Positions 18,433 to 28,500 of a stretch of DNA of 48,396 nucleotides are shown here, in pieces; position 1 is the first letter of the stretch, and each line of letters starts with the position of its first letter. The stretch is taken from assembly GCA_964587975.1 (NCBI GenBank), contig CAZPND010000001.1, positions 1 through 48,396 on the forward strand, given 5' to 3'. The position numbers were made by a program, and so were the translations under genes. The notes under the pieces are model-generated. The model had not been told where the DNA came from. It made no database searches and saw nothing but the letters and a program-made list of their open reading frames with translations. The stretch comes from an uncultured Candidatus Bathyarchaeia archaeon. Lineage in GTDB: Archaea > Thermoproteota > Bathyarchaeia > Bathyarchaeales > Bathycorpusculaceae.

Positions 18433-19911
18433 CTAAACAGGTCTGAATGTGCTTATGATGTTAATTAAGAATGATGGCCACAGGAAAAAGATTATAACAA
18501 TCACCGCCAGCACAAGCATCGCGAGCTTCATTAAGAACGGAACTTCTTTCACCTTTTCAAGCTTTCTAGAACCGAAAAAGATGTGGCCAAGGTATCTCAA
18601 GATGTATGCAAGTAACAAAACAACGGTTATAAGCATTAAAGCCGTGGGCACAAAGTAGAAGCCGTCACTTTTAATGGTTTGAAAAGCTCCTATGAATATT
18701 AAAAGTTCGCTTATGAAACATGCGAATGGTGGTATTCCTGCGATGCTTAATGCGCCTGTGGTTGAACAAACTGCTGTTATCGGCATCTGCCCTGCCAAGC
18801 CGCCTATTTTGCTTATATCTCGGGTTTTAACTTGTTTCGTGACTGCCCCCGCTGAAAAGAAGAGCAAACCTTTGCTCACGGCGTGGTTCACGAGATGAAG
18901 TACAACGCCAACTATGGCTACTGGAGAAGAGAACAGGGAAAGTCCGAACAGCACATAGCCCATGTGGGATATGCTTGAGTAGGCCAGTATTCTCTTCATA
19001 TCTTTCTGATGCAGAGCAAGCAAAGAACCGAACAAGGCGGACATCACCCCGAAAACCGCCAAAGCATGCAGAAAACCAACGCCGAAATCAGTTGCCATAA
19101 CAGCGGGAAACACCACTCCCAGCGACACTCTAAGCATCGCGTAAGCGCCAGCGGCGGTGATTACTCCGCTTAAAAGAGCAGACATCGGTGCGGGTGCCTC
19201 AGCGTACGCGTCAGGTAGCCACATGTGAACCGGAACCACGGCCATCTTCACCGCGAAGCCTGCCGTTAGGGACAGCAGTATCCACCGCACGATGTCAGGG
19301 CTAACTGTCAGCAACGTTGCTTGAGCTTGGAACATGTCTGTGGTGCCTGTAACCATGTAAATCGCGCCTATGCCTAACAGCACGAAAACGGCGCCTGCAT
19401 GCGTGAAGATGAAGAATTTGAACGCGGCGCGATACGACTCCTTAGATCCCCATTCGCCTATTATGAAGTACGCGGGGACGAGCATTAGTTCCCAACAGAA
19501 ATAAAAGAATAGTAGACTTGAAGTGATGAAAACGCCGACGAGACCTATCGAGAGGATCACTAGAAGCGTGTAATAGAGCGATAGATTCTTCTTTCCCTGC
19601 ATGTAATTTACTGAAAAAAGCGCAGCCGTAAAAATAAGCACTAACGTTATCAACGCCATGGAAAAACTGACGCCGTCCACAAAAAGTGTAAGCGAAGAAT
19701 GGAGAATTGGAATCCAAGAATAAGACTCAACGTACCTGTGGTCTATAGATCCAAGAATTGCGGGAATAGTTGTGGAAAGCATTGCGATTTCAGCGAGAGC
19801 CATTAGGGCAATCACAGCTGCCGCTGCTTTAGTGCTCTTTTTCCCAATTAGGTAAACGAACGGAACCGCCAGCCCAGGCAGCAATAACATCAACAAAAGC
19901 GCGTCTTGCAT
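18433..19911 (-). CDS. NuoM / MnhD-type antiporter-like subunit
   Basis: 492 aa, about 14 TM helices, proton-conducting membrane transporter pattern (WLPDAYAEAPAPMSALLSG, ILAYSSISHMGY). Confidence 0.85.
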   Translation of the reverse strand: MQDALLLMLLLPGLAVPFVYLIGKKSTKAAAAVIALMALAEIAMLSTTIPAILGSIDHRYVESYSWIPILHSSLTLFVDGVSFSMALITLVLIFTAALFSVNYMQGKKNLSLYYTLLVILSIGLVGVFITSSLLFFYFCWELMLVPAYFIIGEWGSKESYRAAFKFFIFTHAGAVFVLLGIGAIYMVTGTTDMFQAQATLLTVSPDIVRWILLSLTAGFAVKMAVVPVHMWLPDAYAEAPAPMSALLSGVITAAGAYAMLRVSLGVVFPAVMATDFGVGFLHALAVFGVMSALFGSLLALHQKDMKRILAYSSISHMGYVLFGLSLFSSPVAIVGVVLHLVNHAVSKGLLFFSAGAVTKQVKTRDISKIGGLAGQMPITAVCSTTGALSIAGIPPFACFISELLIFIGAFQTIKSDGFYFVPTALMLITVVLLLAYILRYLGHIFFGSRKLEKVKEVPFLMKLAMLVLAVIVIIFFLWPSFLINIISTFRPV

Positions 19912-19920
19912 GATTTATCT

Positions 19921-21867
19921 TCACCCCAAAATTGTGGCTATAACTATTATAACGATTATCAGAAACCCTATAAGTGCCGCTGCTATGCTACGTTGCAACG
20001 TTTCGTCGTTTACTTTTCGAGCCTTTGCGGATTGTGCCATCGTCTTTTTCACCACGATATACAGCGTTTTGTCGATAAGTACGTCGAGATATTTGCGAGT
20101 GCCGTGAGCGAGTTTTGTTACGCCATTTGCTACGAAATAGGGCAAACGAGCAAACAAGGCTGACTCAACGTACGCGAGACCTCTGGTAACTTTTATGATT
20201 CCTCCTGCCACAACTTTTTCATAGAAATCGTCGAAGAAAAACCCGTGTTCAAAGATTGTGTTTAACGGAGCCAACTTTCTTGTAACCGTTTTCATCCGCT
20301 CAGGTCGATAATAAAGAAGGTAAATTGGCACGCCTCCGATGAGCAGGAAAAGCAGGAAAACCAGTGTTAATGGACTGAACACCTCGCTTATTCCGATTTC
20401 CACGTTGGCATGCAGGAACGCGGCGATCGAATTGGCAAGGAAACCCCAAACAAAGCAGAGAACGGCTAATATGCCTGCGGAATAAAGCATTGTCTTTGGC
20501 GGCTCATGTACATGGCTTTGCTTGATGAACTCTGATGGTTTGCGCAGGAAGACAAGTATTGTGAATCGTAGGGTGTAAGCAAAAGTGACAGCGAGAGCAG
20601 CATAAATCGTGAAGACAAGTAGTACGTCACCTGTTGACCATAGACTGTTTATGATAAGGCCTTTACTGAAAAAACTTGAAAATGGCGGAACACCAGTGCG
20701 AGCGAATAGCACAACAAGACTCAATGCAAAGGTGATTGGCATTAGTTTTCGCAGTCCACCCATCAATCGCATGTCACGAGTTCCAAGCGCGTGAATTATT
20801 CCACCGATGGCAAGGAATCCCAGGCCTTGGAAGAAAGCGTGGCTTATCAAGTGGAACAGGCTCGCGAACCAGCCTTGCGAGGACGCAGATGTGGCAGCGC
20901 CCAATGCCGCCACCATGAATCCTATTTGGCTGATGGTGGAGTAAGCTGGCACTCCTTTTATGTCGGGCGTGTGCAACGCGAGAGCTGCACCAATCAAAGC
21001 TGTGATTGCCCCAATCCAAGCCAAGGTAGGCAACCAGAAGGGAATCAGGGTTATCAGTGGTCCAACTAACGTGAAAAATCTTGCGATAAGGTAGACTCCC
21101 GCCTTCACCATGGTTGCGCCGTGCAGAAGAGCGCTAACCGAAGTAGGAGCCTCCATGGCCGTGTAAAGCCACGTGTGAAGAGGCAGCTGAGCCGATTTGG
21201 CGATTGCTCCAACAAGAATTAGGTAGGCAACGGCTGTTAGAGTTGAGGTTTGCAAGGAGCCTATGTGGTCGATAATGTATGAAAAGGAAAATGAGCCCAA
21301 GTTGATGTATAAAAGCACAATGGCTGCTAGAAAGCAAACGTCACCTACACGTGTCGTTAGGAAAACTTTGATGCCTGCCCGAACGGCTTCTGGACGTTTG
21401 TACCAAAAAGAAACCAGTGAATATGAGCAAAGACCTATTATTTCCCAGAAAATGAACATTTGAAGAAAGTTGTCAGCCATGACCAGTCCTATCATTGAGC
21501 CCATGAAAAGAAGCATGAAGAAATAATATCTGGTTAAGCCTTCTTCCCCAGCCATGTAACCCAGAGAATACACAATTACCACGAAGCTGAAGAAGGCAAT
21601 CAGACTCGCGAAAAAAATGCTGAGCGGGTCTACGCGTACTCCTAAATTGATGCCTAGCCAAGGAATCCATGACACGCTTGACTCCGGGCTGCTTACCGTG
21701 TTAAAGTAGATGTCTGGAATCATAGACAGGGCGAGCACTGTAGTGACTAAGCTGACTGCCACTACAAAGTAATTTCTCGCCTTTCCGCCTAAGCGCTGGG
21801 TGAGTGGAACAAAGAGGCTTGAAACAATCGGGGTTATCCATACAAGCCACGGCGCGTACGGCAGCAA
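19921..21867 (-). CDS. NuoL / MnhA-type antiporter-like subunit with C-terminal lateral-helix extension
   Basis: 648 aa. WLYTAMEAPTSVSALLHGATMVKAGVY, AYSTISQIGFM. Long amphipathic C-terminal segment followed by a final TM. TTG start. 9 nt upstream of the NuoM-like gene. Confidence 0.85.
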   Translation of the reverse strand: MLPYAPWLVWITPIVSSLFVPLTQRLGGKARNYFVVAVSLVTTVLALSMIPDIYFNTVSSPESSVSWIPWLGINLGVRVDPLSIFFASLIAFFSFVVIVYSLGYMAGEEGLTRYYFFMLLFMGSMIGLVMADNFLQMFIFWEIIGLCSYSLVSFWYKRPEAVRAGIKVFLTTRVGDVCFLAAIVLLYINLGSFSFSYIIDHIGSLQTSTLTAVAYLILVGAIAKSAQLPLHTWLYTAMEAPTSVSALLHGATMVKAGVYLIARFFTLVGPLITLIPFWLPTLAWIGAITALIGAALALHTPDIKGVPAYSTISQIGFMVAALGAATSASSQGWFASLFHLISHAFFQGLGFLAIGGIIHALGTRDMRLMGGLRKLMPITFALSLVVLFARTGVPPFSSFFSKGLIINSLWSTGDVLLVFTIYAALAVTFAYTLRFTILVFLRKPSEFIKQSHVHEPPKTMLYSAGILAVLCFVWGFLANSIAAFLHANVEIGISEVFSPLTLVFLLFLLIGGVPIYLLYYRPERMKTVTRKLAPLNTIFEHGFFFDDFYEKVVAGGIIKVTRGLAYVESALFARLPYFVANGVTKLAHGTRKYLDVLIDKTLYIVVKKTMAQSAKARKVNDETLQRSIAAALIGFLIIVIIVIATILG

Positions 21868-22277
21868 CTAGCCGTCATCCCGATTTGTTTCGCCATTCGT
21901 TTTTTTCTTTATTTGTTGCGCTCTTCAATCACCTGTCTCTTTAGAGAGACGTCTATACCTTCACTTAAGGGCTTTCTCGCTCCTTATAACCCGCTTATCT
22001 TGTCAATAATGTCTTTTAAATTTACTGTTCACCCTGAAGAAAAAGGGATTGAGAATAACAAACATGTTGTACCGCCCACTTCAAAGAAAACCAAAAAATT
22101 CTTCGGGGGCAAATACCATCCTTCAAAAATATCTTAAATAAGACTTGAATCGTGCTGCAACAACCAGCACAAACGAAACAAACAAATTTTGCAAAAACAC
22201 TTAGCAACCCCAAAACAAATCCCGCGAAGTAGAAGTGCTAAGAAAACCTCCACAACTAAACAAAAAACATCAATACC

Positions 22278-22303
22278 AAAAGCTGGGGATGGGAATTGAA
22301 CCC
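22278..22303. repeat. attL: orphan copy of the tRNA-Cys 3' end (26-nt direct repeat)
   Basis: aaaagctggggatgggaattgaaccc is identical to 34498-34523. Confidence 0.8.
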
Positions 22304-22444
22304 TCAAAAATTGGATACTTTTTAGCTCGGGTTGAGCCTCCAATTTGTGGCGATGTATCATCGCAGAAGAGTTTCTTCGCAGCTTTTTCCCCTTTTTTTC
22401 TTTTTTCCAACCCTTTGTTTCCCAAGCGAGGCTGATTACAAAGC

Positions 22445-22987
22445 TTGAGCGAGAGAGTGTCTGTTCCTGTTACTCAGCCCAAAAACTTGATTTGTAATTT
22501 TCGTGCTCCTAATCTGGAGCAGTACCAGCGTTGGAAGGCTTATGTTCAATGGGCTAAAGACAACGGCATGGATGTTTGCCACTTAACGCTTAGTTTGACT
22601 GATTCGTTCATGAGGGGCATTGAAGGCGCCGCTCAAGTGCGTAATGGGAATCAAGTTGTAAATATCCAACAGAACAACATTTTCCAGTATCAAGTTTCCA
22701 AACCTCGTCGAGAACCTTACGACTTGAGTTGTGTAAGAAGAGAGTTTCAGAAAACAATTAGCAGTGGTCTTTTTGAAGCCTATGTTCTTAACAAGGCGAG
22801 AGATTTAACGCGGGAATTTAGTTATCGAGACTTTTTAGAGTTAAAACATGACGCTTTTCGCAGAATCATATTGCGTTTGAGGCGTAAGGGCAAAATTGTG
22901 GCTAATCCTCAGCGCACCGTGCCCAGATTTTACTTTTTGGCTGAACGAATCAGCGAATACGCCTGTGATGGGAGAACAACACAGTAA
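22445..22987 (+). CDS. hypothetical protein, possible RHH-like N-terminus and wHTH-like C-terminus
   Basis: 180 aa, first gene inside attL. NLICNFRAPNLEQYQRWKAYVQWAKDNG fits a beta-strand plus helices. The basic C-terminus is AFRRIILRLRRKGKIV. TTG start. Function unknown. Confidence 0.45.
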   Translation: MSERVSVPVTQPKNLICNFRAPNLEQYQRWKAYVQWAKDNGMDVCHLTLSLTDSFMRGIEGAAQVRNGNQVVNIQQNNIFQYQVSKPRREPYDLSCVRREFQKTISSGLFEAYVLNKARDLTREFSYRDFLELKHDAFRRIILRLRRKGKIVANPQRTVPRFYFLAERISEYACDGRTTQ

Positions 22988-23164
22988 AACAATTGTTTAC
23001 AAAATATGACGATGAAAAGGGATAAGTTGGTTCCATAAGGTTGAAAATATGCATAGATTTTTTGATTATATGAGACGGAAAATACGGTTTATGGTGGACC
23101 CCTTGTCCAAGCTTAAAGGTGCTTACTAGGCTTTTCAGTCCCGCTATTAGCGCTCGCTCGCTGG

Positions 23165-23188
23165 CTTACTAACTAACTTACTAACTAA
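23165..23188 (+). promoter_or_regulatory. perfect tandem 12-nt repeat (cttactaactaa x2) upstream of abiEi, candidate operator
   Basis: Seen directly. It is followed by the palindrome aaaaattttt and a T/A-rich TATA-like tract (about 23198-23208). Confidence 0.35.
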
Positions 23189-23213
23189 TTGCAAAAATTT
23201 TTATTTTTGTAGT

Positions 23214-24047
23214 TTGTTAGTAAATAGCGTGAAATGGACAAGCTCGACATTAGACCTTCTTAAGGTCGCGTTTGGAAAGGAGCCTTTTTCTTTGAAACAA
23301 GCAGCTGTTGCCCTAAAGAAGGAAATGGGATATTCGTATAACGCAGCGCGTCAAGTTCTTCATGAACTCGTTAAAGCGGGTTCCTTAACCAAGTTGGGTC
23401 GCGGTCTATACAGAGTAGCTGAAAAGAAAGCAGTTCAAACAGAGGCACTTACGATCTCAGATAAACTCGTTGTTACGTTAACTTCTGGTTTTCTGATTCG
23501 GGCAGAGGAGGTTTTGAAAGAGAAAGGCGTTGAATTCATGGTTACGGGACCTTCAGCGTTGTCGCAGTTCGTTCATCTTTTGCCGAGAAGGCTCATACAT
23601 CTCATTTATGTTGTCGATGGGGCAGGCGAGTTTGCCACTGCAATTCTCAGAGAAGAGAACTTTCGGGTTTTCTTGAATCCTAAAGGGAACGAAGTTGAGA
23701 TGGCGCTTCAAGCTTTTGAAGACAGAGACATTTTTGTTATTCGGGAGTATGCAAAATTGGAGGGCAACGTTGAGGGAAGAGCCGTTCTAGAAAGGGCTCT
23801 TGTTGATACGTATTTTGAGGCAACGCGGCGGCGGATTCCGTTTTCAGAGGTGGAGGTAGGGCGAATCATGGCGAATGTGTTTAGGACGGAGAAGATTGAC
23901 ATTGCGAGGTTGTTGAGTCTTGCAGGGCGTCGAGGGGTGAAGGGTGAAATGCAATCGATTGTTAAGGCATTGATTCCTGATGTTCCTTTGTCTGCTGGCG
24001 TGACAAACGAAAAGGTTGAGCAGGTTCTTAAGGGAATTAGAGCGTGA
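23214..24047 (+). CDS. abiEi: AbiEi-family antitoxin / transcriptional regulator (type IV TA)
   Basis: N-terminal wHTH FSLKQAAVALKKEMGYSYNAARQVLHELVKAGSLTKLGRGLYRV is the typical AbiEi N-domain pattern. Its stop is 4 nt before the AbiEii start. An alternative, possibly leaderless, GTG start lies at 23229. Confidence 0.7.
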   Translation: MLVNSVKWTSSTLDLLKVAFGKEPFSLKQAAVALKKEMGYSYNAARQVLHELVKAGSLTKLGRGLYRVAEKKAVQTEALTISDKLVVTLTSGFLIRAEEVLKEKGVEFMVTGPSALSQFVHLLPRRLIHLIYVVDGAGEFATAILREENFRVFLNPKGNEVEMALQAFEDRDIFVIREYAKLEGNVEGRAVLERALVDTYFEATRRRIPFSEVEVGRIMANVFRTEKIDIARLLSLAGRRGVKGEMQSIVKALIPDVPLSAGVTNEKVEQVLKGIRA

Positions 24048-24051
24048 AAGA

Positions 24052-25206
24052 ATGGCGTTTATTCATGATGAGGCTTACTTCTCGGAGCGTAGTATTCGTG
24101 AAAGGGCTAACCGATACGGTTTTTCGGACCCATTGGCAGTAGAGATGTTTCTGTGGGACTGTGAAATCGCTGCCCAATTACAGAGTGAATCTGAAAAGTT
24201 CGTTTTGAAGGGCGGAGCTGCCGTGCAGTTTCACTTGCCAGTCGAGATGCAGAGAGGAAGTGTAGACGTAGACATTATTTGCCCCTACACAAAAAAGGAG
24301 ATAGCTGAAGCTTTATCTCGTATTCATAAACGGATTCCAACAGTGGAATTCGAGAAATACACGCCCAAGCGCCCGAAGAAAGAGATTAACATGGTGACAT
24401 ATCTTGCTAGAATGCCCGCGGTGCTTCCTTCAGAGAGCGGGAGACCCCGTGAGGTTAAAATTGATTTATTGCTTGAAGACCTCACGTTGCCCACTCAGAT
24501 CGTTACGGATGCGGAAACTTTCGCTGTGAAAGTCAAGAGGCTCAGGTGTTACTCGGCTATTTCGCTTATTGGAGATAAGCTTCTGACGCTGGCTGAGAAC
24601 ACCATAGGTATAACGGACTCAGCGGATATTCCAAAGCAAATTTATGATGTGGCCGTTCTAAGCGAAAGGCACAACCCAACGCCTGAGCAGTTTCCAGAGA
24701 TCGTCAAAATTATAGAAGCGGTGGCGCAACTTGAAATTGGATACAGAAGTTTAAAGATGACTGTGGTTGATGTACTTGCTGATGTCGAACGGACAATGGA
24801 AAAATATGGGCTTTTAGACACAGCAGGCGCGGATCCTGAGGTCAAAAGGAACATCACTAGTTTCCAGCAATTTTACGTTAGTGCATCTCAGAAGCGCCCT
24901 TTGTACGAATGGTGCGCGCGAGCGTTGAGAATTCGATTTCTTTCTGAACTACTTAGAGCTATTATTGAGGGCAAAGCCACTGCCGAAGAGGCTGGCAACG
25001 AGTATGGTTTAGCCGTTAAAATAACGCAATGGTTGAAAGTTCTTAGTGGCGAAAGAATCAAGGAGGTAAACAAGCAACTTATGGCCTCTGCGGATCAACA
25101 AATACCTCATTTTAAGAATCTTAAAGGCAAGCCTTTGCATCGCGTATTCTGGCAAGTAGTCAGTCGAAACAACTTGACCAAAATCCATGATTTGGTTAAA
25201 ACTTAA
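24052..25206 (+). CDS. abiEii: AbiEii/AbiGii-family nucleotidyltransferase toxin
   Basis: NTase signature FVLKGGAAVQFHLPVEMQRGSVDVDIICP (GG-x15-DxD). Genetic pairing with AbiEi. Start moved to ATG 24052. Confidence 0.75.
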   Translation: MAFIHDEAYFSERSIRERANRYGFSDPLAVEMFLWDCEIAAQLQSESEKFVLKGGAAVQFHLPVEMQRGSVDVDIICPYTKKEIAEALSRIHKRIPTVEFEKYTPKRPKKEINMVTYLARMPAVLPSESGRPREVKIDLLLEDLTLPTQIVTDAETFAVKVKRLRCYSAISLIGDKLLTLAENTIGITDSADIPKQIYDVAVLSERHNPTPEQFPEIVKIIEAVAQLEIGYRSLKMTVVDVLADVERTMEKYGLLDTAGADPEVKRNITSFQQFYVSASQKRPLYEWCARALRIRFLSELLRAIIEGKATAEEAGNEYGLAVKITQWLKVLSGERIKEVNKQLMASADQQIPHFKNLKGKPLHRVFWQVVSRNNLTKIHDLVKT

Positions 25207-25257
25207 GTGATCAAGCATTTCAGGGTCAGGCAGAAAGGTGTGTAGGGCTGTAGCACT

Positions 25258-25334
25258 CCTTAGCATGTAATGCTGAGGCAGAAAACAGATTAGAAGTAGT
25301 AGTCTAGCCAAAATCACAGCGGACTACTACTTCT
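25258..25334. other. two consecutive stable hairpins in the 363-nt spacer (terminator or structured RNA)
   Basis: Hairpin 1: ccttagcat/gta/atgctgagg (9 bp with one G-U, 25258-25278). Hairpin 2: agaagtagtagtc / 17-nt loop / gactactacttct (13 perfect bp, 25292-25334). Confidence 0.4.
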
Positions 25335-25569
25335 CGGCATGCAGGAACACTCCAACTTTACAAATGAAAAGGTTCGAAAGACAGGAAAATTATTTTTTCT
25401 CGCATTCAACCTATCAGTTTCCGATTGGCAGTTAATGGTTGGTGTGCGATTTGTTGTTTGTTGTTTTTTTGTTTTTGGGGCAATTCCTTTAAGCTGAGAT
25501 GGACTCTACATAACTACAATTTCATGGTTAGTTCCGGGTTAGGCATTTGGTTGATGGGGGTGCGGTTGG

Positions 25570-28500
25570 TTGATTGATGAAGATTTTGATTCGGTATTTG
25601 CTGGTGGAGATGAGGGTTCTGGTGGTTTACCTGTGTTGTCTGCGTCGGGGATTGCGGAGTATATCCGTTTTAATTGTTGTCCGCGGTTCTTTAAGTTGAA
25701 GTTTGGGGCTGTTGAGATACGGAATCGCAAGTGGATTGAGGCTTTTACGCCAATTAGCCCTCTGCTTTATGGTGCGGGGAAGGCTCTTGAGGAGAATAAA
25801 ATTTCCGAGTTGAAAGAGAAAGCAGCCAGATATTTTGACCTTAGTGATAACGATCCGCGAATTGTGGGGTGGGAAACTGCTTGGAAAAGTTCTCTGAGTA
25901 CCTTGCGCGAGGTGATTGAGAATAAGTTTTCTGATGAGGCGGGGGTTGGTTGTAAGCCTGTTTTGATTTATCAGGTTCCTATGAAAGGTCATATCGGTGT
26001 TTGGGATGTGAGAGGGGTTGCTGATTTGATTGGTGTTTGGCCTTCCGAGGATGGTAAGGTGAAGGTGAGGATTTTTGAGCTTAAGGCGTCTTGGAAAGAG
26101 CAAACCGCTCATCGCATACAGGTTGCGATTTATGTGTTGTTGCTTTCTCAAGAATTAGGAGATCTCTTTTCTAGGGTTGAGTTTGAGGGCGGAGTGATAA
26201 ACAAGGAGACTGATTTAGAGAATCTTGATCCTGATTGTCTTCCCCAGTTCAAGCTTGGTCCTCTTGTCATGGATGTGGAACGTCTGCTATCTGCTGATGG
26301 TGAGTTGCATAGGATTCATCAGACGCCTTTGCCGAAGGTTGAGTATCAGCTTTGTTGGAGGTGCGACAATTGTGGGTTTAATGAGTGCTGTGTTGTCAGT
26401 GCTGTTGAGAGCGAGAGTGTGGCGTTGCTTAATTTGACTAGGGGTGAGCAGAACGTGCTTCGCGGTTATGGTATTGAAAAGCTTGAGGACCTGGCTAGGT
26501 TGAAAGTTTTGCCGGATGCGGACAGGTTACGTCCTTATGATTTCAAGGGGCTTGCTGCGAGGGATGTTGAAAAGGTGAGTTTGTTGTCCACAGATCCTGT
26601 TGTTGGCGCTAGGCTGGATTGGCTTGTTCAGCGTGCGCAGTTCATGTTAGGTGGGATTCGACCTGGCAGCCCTTTTGCTAGTAGGAGTAGGCGCATGCCT
26701 TGGTTGACTGGAACGGGTTACGGTAGTCTTCCTGAGGATAGCGCGTTTGCTGGGGCGGATTCGGCGCTTTTGTTTAACACTGATGGCATGATTCGGGTCT
26801 ATCTCTTTGTTGAATGGGACTATATGCTAGATGTTATTTCGATGATTAGTGCTAGGGTGAGTTGCACAAGATATAGGGGGCAGTCTTTGGATGTGTCGCG
26901 AGTTATCGGGAGCCTTCCTGATGGGCGTGAGGACTGCTTGGATGAAGAAAAGAAGCTTTTGGAAAACTTTTTCCTTGAGGTTACCCAAGCGATAAGCAAG
27001 ATAGCTGCTGAGGTGGGGAGTCCCGATGAGGCTCCGATTCATCTTTATTTTTTTAGTCAGCGGGAACGGGATGTGTTGATGGATGCTGTTCGTCGTCAAC
27101 CTTCGTTGATGAGTGCTCGCGCTGTTCGTGACCTGCTTGGTCTAAGACAGGCTATTGATCAGCCGATGTTTTCGATTGTTCAAGATGAGGTTGTGCATAG
27201 AAAAGCTCTGAGGTTTCACAGTTCGGGTCTTTTGCCTATTCTTGATCAATCTGGTTTTTTTGACAATAAAGAATGGATGGTGAAGCGACGCGATGGTTCT
27301 TTGGTTGATTTGCGTTTTGTTTTTCGTGACGGATTTTTTAATTATGTTCTTCCTTATCGTAGGAATTCTGAGGGGGCAATTTCTTTTATTCTTGGGTTCG
27401 ATAGAGTCGGTCGTAAAGAGGGATATTATCCTGCTCGTGCTCGTTTTGGGGATCAAATTCCGATTGAATATGTGTGGGCTGCGAAGGGGCGATTGGATAA
27501 TCGTGAAGAGAAGGGCTTGGCTAAGATTTTTTTGGAGAAGCGAATGTGGTGTGATTATCCTCAGAAAACTAGAAGGATTACTGATGAAGAGCTTGCTCTT
27601 ATGGGTTTGAAGCTTTGTTTGGCTCTTGAGCACATTGAACGGTCGTTGTCGATTCGTAACAGGAGATTAGGTAAGAAGCCTATTGCTGTTCCTAAGATTT
27701 CGGAGTTTTCGTTGGGTCCTGTTACGTTGGAGCGAAGTTGTAGAGAGTTTTTGGATTTAGAGTATTTTGCGAAGCGCCAAGAGATGTATCAGCATTATGC
27801 TATGCTTCCGTATCAGCGGGTTGATTCGGGTAGATCGTTGATTTTTGAGTGTACAGGTGTGGAGGAGACGGAGAGGGGGTTTGTGGTTCAGGGCAGGCTC
27901 GTCTATGAGGGCCTCGGTGTTCCTAAGGCTGATTGTATCGCTAATGCTTGCAGGGTTAAGGGTTCAGAAGGCTCCAGCTCGGGCGATTGGATGGTTGTGA
28001 CTGAGCTAAGGCGTAACGAGGAAGGCCATTTTGAGGAGGTGCAGGGGCGTTCGCCTTCTGAGGTTGAAAGATCAGCTCGTGCTATTGTTGATAAGGTTAA
28101 TTCTCGCAAGCTAGAGCTTACCCTTAAAGTGGTTAACTGGCCAAGTGGCAGAAAACGGAAGTACAGTGCCTGGCATAATCTTCCTACTATTGATCCGGAG
28201 AAGGCGAAGAGCAAGTATATGCAGCTTTTTGAAGTTGGGCGATGGTACATTTTGGATGAGTTGGCTGATGACATCATTTCTGACAGGGCTGCAAAGTGCC
28301 TAGACTACGCTAGCAGTAATGTGCTTTATTGTCTGTTGGAGACCTTCTTAGCTGGCAAATCAATGGCTTCACGTGTAGCTTTACCTCAGGCTGCTGCTAC
28401 TTCCTTCTTGAAATGGGTTGAAGGCAGTAGTCTTCCTCCTAATGAGGAGCAAAAGCGCTTTGTTGATCGTGTTTTTGGGGAGGAGGCGATTGTTATGCTT

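Noticed and set aside
18433-21867. Calling the NuoL/NuoM-like pair a complex I operon
   Set aside because: Only two of the 11-14 subunits are present in the window, and the flanks are unrelated. The genes are reported as antiporter-like subunits of unknown complex.
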